Assembly: GCA_033812795.1 (NCBI GenBank)
Contig: JAPXSY010000004.1
Location: forward strand, 20,768 to 84,767
DNA from: Kiritimatiellia bacterium
GTDB taxonomy: Bacteria > Verrucomicrobiota > Kiritimatiellia > RFP12 > UBA1067
Direction of reading: 5' to 3'
Length of the DNA stretch: 64,000 bases
Shown: positions 30,316 through 39,551 of the stretch, one piece after another
How positions within the stretch are numbered: the stretch's first letter is position 1
Layout of the letters: the number at the start of each line of letters is the position of its first letter
Translations under genes and position numbers: made by a program
Notes under the pieces: generated by a model
Told to the model about the DNA's origin: nothing
Databases searched by the model: none
Seen by the model: only the letters and a program-made list of their open reading frames with translations

Positions 30316-30774
30316 TTACGGCTGTTGTTCGGCTTCGATGGACAGAACGCGGCCGTTCCGGAACTCGATGCGCCGATATTCGTAAGGGTGGTGGAAGAGG
30401 TCGGGGGACCAGAAGGTTTCGCGCCGCCAGATGACTCGTCCGCGCGCGGTTCGGACCGGATACAGGATAGGGCGCGCGGTCTCCACGGGCACGGCGTCGT
30501 AGGAGACATACGACCAGATGTTGTTGGTGGTTGTGCCGGTCACTTTCTGGAACACGCGGTCGGGGGTGCCGTAGAGGATCCAGACCGCATCCTCGGAATC
30601 CCCCGCCATGAGCACGCCTTCCCGCAGGCGCTGCTGGGTTTCAGGCGGCAGCGTCTCGAAAAACGCATGCTTCTGGCCGATGCGTTTTTCGATCAGCTCG
30701 CGCTGGGTGGCGCATCCCGCAAACAGGAGGGCGCTTGCCATCGCAGCCAACGGGAAGGTTCGCCACGCAGTCAT
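30316..30774 (-). CDS. lipoprotein, BamE/SmpA_OmlA-like
   Basis: The ATG at 30774 gives MTAWRTFPLAAMASALLFAGCATQ (lipobox), and its ATGA overlaps the stop of the upstream gene (30771). MAGDSEDAVWILYGTPDRV resembles the BamE-like motif. Confidence 0.6.
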   Translation of the reverse strand: MTAWRTFPLAAMASALLFAGCATQRELIEKRIGQKHAFFETLPPETQQRLREGVLMAGDSEDAVWILYGTPDRVFQKVTGTTTNNIWSYVSYDAVPVETARPILYPVRTARGRVIWRRETFWSPDLFHHPYEYRRIEFRNGRVLSIEAEQQP

Positions 30775-32990
30775 GGGCTCACCGCAGAGACGGGGGATTC
30801 CGCCTGCGGCGCGCGGAGCGCGCACGCGGCGGGCGGCTGGCGTTGCAGGCGGCGCGGCAAAACGGAGTCGAGCAGCCCTGTGAACCAGAGGGCCGCCACG
30901 ACCGCGACAAGCGCCAAGACCACCAGCAGCACGTTCCGCGCACGCGAATCGTCCGCGTACGGATCCATCAGTTCGCGTGACGAATTTGCCGGCAGCACGG
31001 CCTCACTCGTGAAAAGGCGGCCCAACTTGAGCGAGAAGCGCAGGCGGCGGTTGATGGCCCACCCGCAGGCATTGAGGATCGGCGCGAGATCGCGCGCGCG
31101 CAGTTTGAACCAAGTGAGGATCATGGAAGGTCCCGAGACGATCAGCACTACGGCCATGATGCCGAGCGCCGTCTTCCAGAGCGGCAATCCCGCCAGCACA
31201 CTGACGAGCCCGCCGACAGCGGAACCGATCAGGCCGACCGCGATGCCGAGGGCCGCGACCGACGAGGCCAGGGCCGCGCCCTCCATCTTTTTGGGCGGTT
31301 CGGCTGGTTTCGCGGTTGCGGCGGCGTCGACATTTTTGGATGCGGCGGCGAGCGCCGCGTCCTGCCGCGCCGAGAGCAGCTTGTTGATCTGTGTGCTGAT
31401 CATCGTCCCGATCTTGCGCCACGGATCCCAAAACGCTTCTTTGATCGAAATGGCGTTGTCCACGGTTTTGATGATTACAGCATCCCAGTCTTGCCCATCG
31501 ACATCGTAGAAGATGCCGTTTCGTCCGACCCAGAGCGTCTGCGCGAAGCCCGCTGTAAAGGCCGCGCAGAGGGTACGGGTTTTGGCGCCGGGCCGCGTGA
31601 GGGAACAGTAGACAAGGCAGCATTTGCTGGCCGCAGCCAGTGCGGCGTGGGCTTCCACATGATCGACCTCGAAGCAGAGGTTGCAGGCGCGGGCATCCAT
31701 GAAGAGCGTGCCGACCTGAAACAACGCGGTAGCCTCCGGGTCGTAGAGGCGTCCCATGTTGACGTAGTTGTTCAGCAACGCGGCTAGATTCGCATGGTAG
31801 CGGATCAGTTGCTCCACCTCGGTGATTTGCGCGATTTCGGCTTCCAGCGCCACATCTTTGGCGATCAGCGCCGTGATTTCAGCCTGATCGTTTCCGTTGC
31901 GCAGGGCTTCCAGCCGGTCCGCGCCAAGGGAAGCGACTTCGGTGCCGGCACAGGCGGCCTGCCAGGCCGCGAAGGGGGCGAACCGGTCTTTCAACTCGCG
32001 CCATTGCGAGAGAGAAAGCGTTTCTGCCGCACCATCCGTGAGCGGGGTCACGACCGCATCACGGAACGAGGCCAGCGCGCAGGCCCAATACGGATTGACC
32101 CCTGCGGTGAGGGGAAGATCCCGGCCGGCTTCGATCCGGGCCAGGGGAAAATCCGCCAACCCGGCGTGGCAATCCGTGAGTTCCTTGTCGGCCAGCTCGG
32201 CCAAATCGGCGTCCGTGCGGCTGAGGGCCTGCGCGGCGCGCGGATCATATTCGGCCATGCGGCACCGGGTGAAGTAGTCATCGATTTTGGCGCGTACCGC
32301 TTGGAGCGCGTCAAACGCCGTGGCGGTCTGGTCGCCCAGCATCCGGATCGCCGGGTCAGCGGCGGGGCGGGCCACCCAGTCGAGGTGCTCCGCAACAGCG
32401 GTGAAGAATGCGTCGGTTTTCGTCTGATTGATACCGGGCTTGCCGCTGCGGTCGGTCTCCGCGCCGAAACATGCGATGATCTCTTCGATCGTCTGGCGCA
32501 ACGCTGGCGCGTCTGCGGCATCTGCGGGAATCACACCGTCGCCATTGAACCGGGTCTCGGCGAAGATCGCGGCAATGTCGCTCACATCAGCCAGGGTGAT
32601 GGCGTTCGCATCGCCTTTCCCGAGATTCTTGAGAATACGTTTCGCGTTGGATAGCAGGGCCTTTCCTTCCGCGGTTCCGGTATGGATCGCGGCGAGGTTG
32701 ACGGCGTCGCCGCCAACGAGCAACGGATCGAGGGAGGTGAGGCGTTTTTCGAGCCAGTCGATGGCGTGCAGGATTTCCGACGCGCGAATCCGGCCGTCCG
32801 CATCGGTGTCCAACAACTTCAGGGTGGCGGCGTCAAAACGGATGCCGGTGGTCGGGCAACTCAGGGCGGTCCAGAGTTTCTGATCCAGGGTTTTCAAGTT
32901 AGCGAGATCCGCGCCGGTACGGAGAAGCGCCTGGTCAAGACCACCGCTTCTGAAGAAATGCCACGTATGCGTCGTGTTGGAGGTGTTCAT
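30771..32990 (-). CDS. large conserved-hypothetical membrane protein with canonical EF-hand loop
   Basis: The ATG at 32990 gives MNTSNTTHTWHFFRSGGLDQ…; the track start 33284 overlaps nadA and adds an Arg/His-rich extension. DTDADGRIRASE fits the 12-residue EF-hand loop. The C-terminus has 3-4 TM helices (ALASSVAALGIAVGLIGSAVGGLVSVLAGL…). Confidence 0.7.
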   Translation of the reverse strand: MNTSNTTHTWHFFRSGGLDQALLRTGADLANLKTLDQKLWTALSCPTTGIRFDAATLKLLDTDADGRIRASEILHAIDWLEKRLTSLDPLLVGGDAVNLAAIHTGTAEGKALLSNAKRILKNLGKGDANAITLADVSDIAAIFAETRFNGDGVIPADAADAPALRQTIEEIIACFGAETDRSGKPGINQTKTDAFFTAVAEHLDWVARPAADPAIRMLGDQTATAFDALQAVRAKIDDYFTRCRMAEYDPRAAQALSRTDADLAELADKELTDCHAGLADFPLARIEAGRDLPLTAGVNPYWACALASFRDAVVTPLTDGAAETLSLSQWRELKDRFAPFAAWQAACAGTEVASLGADRLEALRNGNDQAEITALIAKDVALEAEIAQITEVEQLIRYHANLAALLNNYVNMGRLYDPEATALFQVGTLFMDARACNLCFEVDHVEAHAALAAASKCCLVYCSLTRPGAKTRTLCAAFTAGFAQTLWVGRNGIFYDVDGQDWDAVIIKTVDNAISIKEAFWDPWRKIGTMISTQINKLLSARQDAALAAASKNVDAAATAKPAEPPKKMEGAALASSVAALGIAVGLIGSAVGGLVSVLAGLPLWKTALGIMAVVLIVSGPSMILTWFKLRARDLAPILNACGWAINRRLRFSLKLGRLFTSEAVLPANSSRELMDPYADDSRARNVLLVVLALVAVVAALWFTGLLDSVLPRRLQRQPPAACALRAPQAESPVSAVSP

Positions 32991-33025
32991 GCTATCTTGT
33001 CCTTGCGAGCCACATTGATTGGGGT

Positions 33026-33928
33026 TCAGTGAATGGCCAGCATTGCGTCGATGGCGCGTCTGGCACGTTGTGCGATAGGTTCCGGAACGGTGATGACCGT
33101 CTGCAGGTCCCGCAGACTCCTGAGCACATGCTCTACCGAGGTTTTTTTCATGTACGGACAGACGGCCTGTTCGAGCAGCGGAATAAAGGTTTTGTCCGGG
33201 TTCTCCCGCCGCAATCGGTGGAGGATGCCGGTTTCGGTGCCGATGAGAAAGACCGGTTCGGCCCGTTCCTTCACCCATTGGCACATGCCGCCGGTCGACA
33301 GCACAGCATCAGCGGCATCGCGGACCGGTTTAGGGCACTCCGGATGGACCAGCACCGGCGCGCCGGGATACGCGGCCCGCGCCGTTGCGATATGGGCCTC
33401 GGTCAGCCGCGCGTGCGTCGGACAGAAACCCGGCCACAGGATAAGGTCGTGTCCGGTCTGCTCCGCCGTGTACGAGCCGAGATGGCGGTCCGGCACGAAA
33501 AGCAGCGGTTGTTGCGGCGGGAAACTCCGGGCCACTGCCACGGCATTGGCCGATGTGACACAGCAGTCGCTTTCGGCTTTGACCTCGGCGGTGCTGTTGA
33601 CGTAACAGAGCACCCGGGCGTCCGGGTGCCGGGCCTTCATCGCGCGGAGCTGCTCACCGGTGATCATGTCGGCCATAGGGCAACCCGCGTCGGCCGCAGG
33701 CAGCAGAACGGTCTTGTCCGGATTGAGGATCGCCGCGGTTTCGGCCATGAAATGCACACCGCAGAAAACAACCACGCGGGCGCGGATATGGGTCGCTTCG
33801 CGCGCCAACTCCAGCGAGTCGCCCGTGAAGTCGGCGATGTCCTGAATTTCGCCGGGCTGATAGTTGTGTGCGAGAATTACGGCGTCCCGCTCCGCTTTCA
33901 GCGTTTGAATCTCCTGTTCGATCCGCAT
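33026..33928 (-). CDS. nadA: quinolinate synthase
   Basis: ERDAVILAHNYQPGEIQDIADFTGDSLELA, CGVHFMAETA, and Cys ligands (…YVNSTAEVKA…GFCPTH…CPYM). The track start at 33934 is a TTG; the ATG is two codons in. Confidence 0.93.
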   Translation of the reverse strand: MRIEQEIQTLKAERDAVILAHNYQPGEIQDIADFTGDSLELAREATHIRARVVVFCGVHFMAETAAILNPDKTVLLPAADAGCPMADMITGEQLRAMKARHPDARVLCYVNSTAEVKAESDCCVTSANAVAVARSFPPQQPLLFVPDRHLGSYTAEQTGHDLILWPGFCPTHARLTEAHIATARAAYPGAPVLVHPECPKPVRDAADAVLSTGGMCQWVKERAEPVFLIGTETGILHRLRRENPDKTFIPLLEQAVCPYMKKTSVEHVLRSLRDLQTVITVPEPIAQRARRAIDAMLAIH

Positions 33929-34159
33929 GATCAAGCCACCTCAAATGATTTGTCCGGTATTCCTTTCACTACGGTACCACAGGTTTCGTTATGACGGAAC
34001 AAAGAAAAGGACGCACGTGTGCGACTGGCTATCGCAACTCTTAAGGTTTTGGAGGCGACCTCGCATTCGTGCGGCAAACAGGTAAGATTGAAGCGTCTTA
34101 CACACACATGGCGGATAGAGGGTAGCCAGATTTACACTCTGAGACAAGCCGGAAAAGGC

Positions 34160-34429
34160 AATCGGTTCGTGACAGGGGGAAGAGTTATCGTGTACGGGTA
34201 CGGGTACGTGAACGGGGTATGGCCAACGTTCACGCTCTCCAAATCGGTATCGGTATCGCTATCGGGTTCGGTATCGCTATCGGGTTCGAAATCGACTGTT
34301 GCGCCCACGCAGTGGCCCGCGGCGACAAGTGTAATGACGGCGGCGATTCCGATCCCGATCCCGATGGCGATAGCGCCGCAATGGGACCCTGAAACGCATG
34401 ACCTTCGGACCCCCCTGTCCCGCCCGTCC
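34160..34429. mobile_element. MITE-like inverted-repeat element (degenerate copy)
   Basis: The left end AATCGGTTCGTGACAGGGGG (34160-34179) is the inverse of the right end region GAAACGCATGACCTTCGGACCCCCCTGTCC (34391-34420). The same termini occur at 50661-50918. The interior holds GGTATC/GCTATCGGG words (34241-34296) and their reverse complement (34345-34375), forming a long imperfect palindrome. Confidence 0.6.
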
Positions 34430-34787
34430 CTCTCCGCCGACCCCGCCCCCCTTGGAGCAACTAAATGCCACTGGCCGCATCAACCCCGTTCGGAAGTAGT
34501 GGATGAGACCACCCCAGTCGCATTTGCTTTGCCAAGTGAGGTCTCCTGTGCGTGCGTTCATTGCTGTCTGGACGGGCATGCGGAGGTGGTATAAACTAAC
34601 CGCGTTTTTTGTTTGTGTTGTATCCCCTATGCGGGGATACAGGATGCGGAACGGATTCCGATGTTCGAGACGGGGGGTCTTTTGCCGTGGCGCGTGTCAC
34701 GGCGGACAAGGATTTGAATGTGCGCGGGTATGGAAAGGCCGTGAGCCGGTTTTTGGCGTACGGCGCGAAAAAAGCAGGGGAGGACAG

Positions 34788-36653
34788 ATGAACGGAGGCA
34801 GACGAATCGGGATACTGGCCATGACCATCGGCTGTGCGGGGATGCTGTGTGGCGCCACGCTGATGATCGAGGCGGAAGCGTTCGCTGAAAAGGGCGGTTG
34901 GGTCGTGGACCAGCAGTTTATGGATCAGATGGGGTCGCCTTTTCTCATGGCGCACGGTCTGGGTAAGCCGGTTGCGGATGCGGTCACCTCCTGTGAGATT
35001 CCGGAGGCCGGAACTTACCGCGTACTGGTGCGGACGCGTGATTGGGCCGCGCCGTGGGAACGCAAGGACGCCCCTGGTAAATTCCGGGTGCGGATCAACG
35101 ACACGCTGTTGCCGCAGGTTCTCGGCACCGCGGGTGCGGAGTGGGGCTGGCACACCGCAGGCAAAGTGACGCTGAAGAAGGGGAGCGCGCGGATAGCGCT
35201 ATGCGACCTGACCGGTTTCAACGGCCGCTGTGACGCGCTGATCCTGACCACCGAGGAAGATTTCGTGCCGGAGAGCGAGGTCGCGAGACTGGAGGCGTTC
35301 CGGCGGCGGATCGGTACGATCCGCAGTGCGCAGACCTGTGAGACGGTCGATCTGATTATCGCGGGCGGCGGTATTCCCGGCATCTGCATGGCAATCTCGG
35401 CGGCGCGTTTGGGATTGGCTGTGGCGCTGATTCAGGACCGTCCGGTTTTGGGCGGCAACAACAGCTCGGAAGTCCGCGTCCATTTGGCAGGGCGTATGAA
35501 TCTGGACCCTTACCCGCGGCTCGGTGATGTGGTCAGCGAGATCGGCCCCCGCCGCGGCGGCAATGCCCAGCCGGGCGACTATTACGAGGATGAACGCAAA
35601 ATCGCGGCGGTCCGGGCAGAGAAGAACATCCGGCTCTATCTCAGCACGCGTGCGTTGGGGGTTGAGAAAACCGGAGCGCGGATCACCGCCGTGACCGCCC
35701 GTCATATCGAAACCGGTCAGGAGATCCGGTTGGCCGCGCCGCTGGTGGCGGATTGCACGGGTGACGGCGTGATCGGCGTGCTGGCGGGCGCCGAGTACCG
35801 TTACGGTCGCGAAAGCCGCGAGGAGACGGGGGAACCCACGGCGGTGGAGAAGGCGGACACGCAGACCATGGGCTCCTCGGTCCAGTGGTATTCGCGCGAG
35901 GCCGAGGAGCCGGTCGCCTTTCCGGAGATCGCATGGGGCTTGGAGTTCAATGACGAGAACTGTGAGCGGGTCAAGATGGGGGAGTGGACTTGGGAGACCG
36001 GCATGCGCCTGCATCAGGTCCACGACTTCGAGCGCATTCGGGACTACGGTTTGTTGGTGGTGTTCTCAAACTGGTCTTTCCTTAAAAATCGTTCGGAACA
36101 CAAAGCGGAGTACGCGAAACGGCGTCTCGACTGGGTGGCGTATGTGGCCGGAAAACGGGAGTCGCGCCGGTTGATCGGTGATCTCGTGCTGACCGAGCAG
36201 GATATCGTCAATCAGGTGATCTACCCCGATGCCACCGCCTGCACGACCTGGACCATCGATCTGCACTATCCCGATCCGAAAAACAGTCGGCACTTCCCGG
36301 GGGCGGAGTTTAAGTCGATCGCCAAACATCAGGCGATCTATCCGTATCCGCTTCCGTACCGCTGCCTCTATTCCCGCAATGTGGAGAATCTCTTCATGGC
36401 CGGCCGGAACATCAGCGTGACGCATGTGGCACTCGGAACCGTGCGGGTGATGCGTACTGGCGGCATGATGGGCGAAGTGCTCGGCATGGCCGCCTCACTC
36501 TGCAAAAAGCACGGATGCACGCCGCGCGAGGTCTATACCGATCATCTGGGCGAACTCCAAGAGTTGATGCGCCGGGGTGTCGGGTCGGGCCGGGAGCAGC
36601 CGCCGCAACGGTACAATCTGGGCGGTACGCTGATGAAGGTGAAGAAGGAATAG
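34788..36653 (+). CDS. FAD-dependent oxidoreductase (PF12831-like) with N-terminal signal and extra N-terminal domain
   Basis: The ATG at 34788 is preceded by AGGGGAGGA. MNGGRRIGILAMTIGCAGMLCGA is signal-like. Dinucleotide fold DLIIAGGGIPGICMAISAARLGLAVALIQDRPVLGGN. The track ORF start 34503 lies in the repeat region. Confidence 0.82.
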   Translation: MNGGRRIGILAMTIGCAGMLCGATLMIEAEAFAEKGGWVVDQQFMDQMGSPFLMAHGLGKPVADAVTSCEIPEAGTYRVLVRTRDWAAPWERKDAPGKFRVRINDTLLPQVLGTAGAEWGWHTAGKVTLKKGSARIALCDLTGFNGRCDALILTTEEDFVPESEVARLEAFRRRIGTIRSAQTCETVDLIIAGGGIPGICMAISAARLGLAVALIQDRPVLGGNNSSEVRVHLAGRMNLDPYPRLGDVVSEIGPRRGGNAQPGDYYEDERKIAAVRAEKNIRLYLSTRALGVEKTGARITAVTARHIETGQEIRLAAPLVADCTGDGVIGVLAGAEYRYGRESREETGEPTAVEKADTQTMGSSVQWYSREAEEPVAFPEIAWGLEFNDENCERVKMGEWTWETGMRLHQVHDFERIRDYGLLVVFSNWSFLKNRSEHKAEYAKRRLDWVAYVAGKRESRRLIGDLVLTEQDIVNQVIYPDATACTTWTIDLHYPDPKNSRHFPGAEFKSIAKHQAIYPYPLPYRCLYSRNVENLFMAGRNISVTHVALGTVRVMRTGGMMGEVLGMAASLCKKHGCTPREVYTDHLGELQELMRRGVGSGREQPPQRYNLGGTLMKVKKE

Positions 36654-36733
36654 TTACGCATCAGGCCGTCCGCAACAGCGTGCGGTACGGCACGCGGAGA
36701 CCCATAGGCATTGCCTGTGGAGCGGGAGAGAAA

Positions 36734-37747
36734 ATGCGAACGCGCAACGTTCGAGAAGACATCGGGCCGATCGTGGTCTATCAGGAGAGTGCTGTCCCGT
36801 ACTTCTGTCTGCGGCCGCGGCAGGTCGCGCGGTTGCGCGCGGCGTTTCCGGGAACGCGGGTGGTTTGGTGCCGGACCGAACGCGCGTTCGTGCGGAACCT
36901 GCCGACTGTCCGGGTGGCGGTGACGTGGGCGTTCCGCCAAGCGTGGTTTGAGGCCGCGCCGCAACTGCGCGTGGTAATCTCGTCGGCTGCGGGGCGCGAT
37001 CTTTCCCCGCTCACGCCGCCGCCGCGCGTCACGGTATGGCACGGCACCTTTCACGGGGCGCTCATGGCGGAAACGGTTCTGGGGTGGATGCTGGCCTTCA
37101 ACCGCGGGATTCTGTCTGCCTATCGTTATCAGATTCAAGGCGCACTCTGGCCGCGTGAGGCGCTCTACGGGCAGGTGCGCCTGTTGCACGGCACACATGC
37201 GCTGATCGTGGGGTTCGGGCACATCGGCACCGCGATCGGCAGATTGCTCAAACCGTTCGGTGTGCGGGTGACGGGTGTGCGCCGGACGCCCCAAACCCGC
37301 CTGCCTGCGGGGTTCGGCCCCGAGGATGCCGTGGTCCCGATCGGACAGCTTGATGCGCTCCTGCCTGAGGCGGACCATCTGATTCTGGTGCTGCCCTCGG
37401 ACACCGGCACGGACCGGTTGATCAATGCTGCGCGGTTGGCGCGTTTGCCGCGTCACGCGGTGCTCTACAACGTGGGCCGCGGCAACTGTCTGGACGAGGC
37501 CGCGTTGGCGCGCGCGCTGACCACGGGCAGACTGCGCGGCGCGTGCCTCGATGTCTTCGCTGAGGAGCCGCTGCAGCCGGGGTCGCCGTTGGTTGCGGAT
37601 CTCCCCGGACTGGTGCGCCTGCCGCACGCTTCCGCTTTTGCCGACGAGTATATGGAGCGTTTCACGGATGAGGTGATCGCCCGGCTGGCCGCGCGGAGCC
37701 GCAGGCGCACGCGATCGGCCCGCGCCGCGAGGGAGGGGGCGGAATGA
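36734..37747 (+). CDS. D-isomer-specific 2-hydroxyacid dehydrogenase family protein
   Basis: GFGHIGTAIGRLLKPFGVRVTGVRR (GxGxxG), NVGRGNCLDEAAL, LDVFAEEPL, PHAS catalytic His region. The start was moved from 36515 to the ATG at 36734. Confidence 0.85.
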   Translation: MRTRNVREDIGPIVVYQESAVPYFCLRPRQVARLRAAFPGTRVVWCRTERAFVRNLPTVRVAVTWAFRQAWFEAAPQLRVVISSAAGRDLSPLTPPPRVTVWHGTFHGALMAETVLGWMLAFNRGILSAYRYQIQGALWPREALYGQVRLLHGTHALIVGFGHIGTAIGRLLKPFGVRVTGVRRTPQTRLPAGFGPEDAVVPIGQLDALLPEADHLILVLPSDTGTDRLINAARLARLPRHAVLYNVGRGNCLDEAALARALTTGRLRGACLDVFAEEPLQPGSPLVADLPGLVRLPHASAFADEYMERFTDEVIARLAARSRRRTRSARAAREGAE

Positions 37748-38175
37748 CGCCGCGCACGCATACGGTCCGATCGGTTGAGGAAACCTGGCGACTGGCTGCG
37801 GAGGTCGCGGTTGGGTTGGAGCCCGGTATGGTGATCGCGCTGCACGGCGATTTGGGCGCGGGGAAAACCACCTTTGTGCAGGGGCTGGGACAGGCGCTGG
37901 GGATCCGGCGGCCGATGACGAGTCCGACCTTCACGGTTTCCACTGAATACCGGACACCGGCGTTCACCTTGGTCCATATGGATCTCTACCGGCTCAATGG
38001 CCCGGATGATCTGCTGACGATCGGCTATCCCGAGTATCTCGAGAACGGCGCGGTTGTGGCAATCGAGTGGCCGGAACGGGCCGGCGACCTGATCCCGGCA
38101 GACGCGCTGCATGTGCGGTTCACGCTGACCGGAGAGGCGGAAACGCGCGTCATTGAAATCAGCGCGGCAGGGTGA
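37744..38175 (+). CDS. tsaE: tRNA t6A37 biosynthesis ATPase TsaE
   Basis: 143 aa, GDLGAGKTTFVQGL P-loop, SPTF…HMDLYRL motif. ATGA overlap with the upstream gene. Confidence 0.9.
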   Translation: MTPRTHTVRSVEETWRLAAEVAVGLEPGMVIALHGDLGAGKTTFVQGLGQALGIRRPMTSPTFTVSTEYRTPAFTLVHMDLYRLNGPDDLLTIGYPEYLENGAVVAIEWPERAGDLIPADALHVRFTLTGEAETRVIEISAAG

Positions 38176-38626
38176 GTTGGCGGTAGGCTTCGTAAGAGGC
38201 GATGGAGACCGCGTTCGCGAGGTTGAGACTTCGGGACTGATCGCCGGGCATGGGGATCTGGAACAGTGCGTCGCCGTAACGGGCATAGAACGCTTTTGGC
38301 AGGCCGCGGTTCTCATTGCCGAAGATCAGCGCGTCGTCCGGGCGGAATGCGCAGGCGTACAGGCTGCGTGCGCCACGGGTGCTGAGGAAGAAGAGCCGCG
38401 GCGGTTGGACGGTATCGAGAAACGCCTCCCAAGAGTCGTGAACCGTGAGCCGGACGTGGTTCCAGTAATCCAGCCCCGCCCGGTGCACGTAGGTATCCGA
38501 AAGATGGAACCCGAGCGGCCGGATCAGATGGAGGGCGCAACCCAATCCCACGCATACACGGCCGATGGCGCCCGTGTTGTGCGGGATCTGCGGCTGAAGC
38601 AACACGATCTGTAGCGGGGTGTTCAT
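38159..38626 (-). CDS. trmL: tRNA (cytidine/uridine-2'-O)-methyltransferase TrmL (SpoU/TrmH class)
   Basis: MNTPLQIVLLQPQIPHNTGAIGRVC…LIFGNENRGLP…SLNLANAVSIASYEA. The start was moved from 38698 to 38626. Confidence 0.88.
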   Translation of the reverse strand: MNTPLQIVLLQPQIPHNTGAIGRVCVGLGCALHLIRPLGFHLSDTYVHRAGLDYWNHVRLTVHDSWEAFLDTVQPPRLFFLSTRGARSLYACAFRPDDALIFGNENRGLPKAFYARYGDALFQIPMPGDQSRSLNLANAVSIASYEAYRQLTLPR

Positions 38627-38634
38627 GGTTTGCG

Positions 38635-39549
38635 TCACAGGCTCCGGAGATATTCCGTTTCCAGACTGTCGCCCCGGGATACGGCGAGCAGCCCGCACTG
38701 CGCCAGCAACGCTGGCAGCAGGCGCGCGTTGACGGCTTCGGCGGTAAGCAGTGTCGGGTTGTAGTGACAGACGACTTCACCGCGCTCCGCATCGTACGCG
38801 ATTGTTGTATCCGGCACCGCCGCCTCCAGCGCGGCGCGATCGGTTGGCATGGCGGTGACGCGGTAAATCAGCTTCCCCGCCCTGCCGGTCACCTCGTCCA
38901 GCGTGGCGACACGTACCGCACGGCCCTTGTCGATAAATGCGACATGCGTGCAGAGGCGTTCGATGTCATGGAGATTGTGCGAACTGATCACGATTGTTTG
39001 GCGACCGCGCTGCCGCGTGAAAAAGCCGCGCATGTTTTCCACCTCGCGGGGATCGAGGCCGCTAAGCGGCTCATCCAGCAACACCACTTCCGGATAACCG
39101 AGAAAACACTGGGCGATCATCACGCGTTTACGCATCCCGTGCGAGAGCGAACGGATTGGTGCGTGCAGGCGGTCGCCGAGATGCACCGCCTCGAGGACGT
39201 GCGTCGCGGATCGTGCCGCCTCCTGCCGCTTCAGTCCTTGGATCTGCGCGAAGTGGGTCAGGAGTTCCAGCGGCCGGCTTTCCGGCGGCAGCTCCGAATC
39301 CTGCGGCAGGATCGCGAGGCGTCCGCTGTGAACCTGCGGGTCGAACGCGCCGCTGCCCAACAGGTTCACGCTGCCGCCGGTCAGGTGCGTGAGCCCCGCC
39401 ACGGACATCATCCAGGTGGTTTTCCCTGCGCCGTTGGGGCCGACCAGGCCGAACACGGCGAACCGGGGCACGGAAAGCGTGAACCCGTCCAGCGCGCGCC
39501 GCGCGCCGTAGCGTTTGACCAGTCCGGTGGTTTCAATCGCGTTGTCCAT
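38635..39549 (-). CDS. ABC transporter ATP-binding protein (ABC-2 type)
   Basis: Walker A GPNGAGKTT, signature LSHGMRKRV, Walker B VVLLDEPLSGLD. Start ATG at 39549 (MDNAIETTGLVKRYG). Confidence 0.92.
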   Translation of the reverse strand: MDNAIETTGLVKRYGARRALDGFTLSVPRFAVFGLVGPNGAGKTTWMMSVAGLTHLTGGSVNLLGSGAFDPQVHSGRLAILPQDSELPPESRPLELLTHFAQIQGLKRQEAARSATHVLEAVHLGDRLHAPIRSLSHGMRKRVMIAQCFLGYPEVVLLDEPLSGLDPREVENMRGFFTRQRGRQTIVISSHNLHDIERLCTHVAFIDKGRAVRVATLDEVTGRAGKLIYRVTAMPTDRAALEAAVPDTTIAYDAERGEVVCHYNPTLLTAEAVNARLLPALLAQCGLLAVSRGDSLETEYLRSL

Positions 39550-39551
39550 GA

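Noticed and set aside
33935-34100. Possible NAD+ (nadA-motif) riboswitch upstream of nadA
   Set aside because: No tandem bulged-stem domains resembling the nadA motif are recognisable by eye on the minus strand, and that motif is known essentially from Acidobacteria. It cannot be supported without a covariance-model scan.
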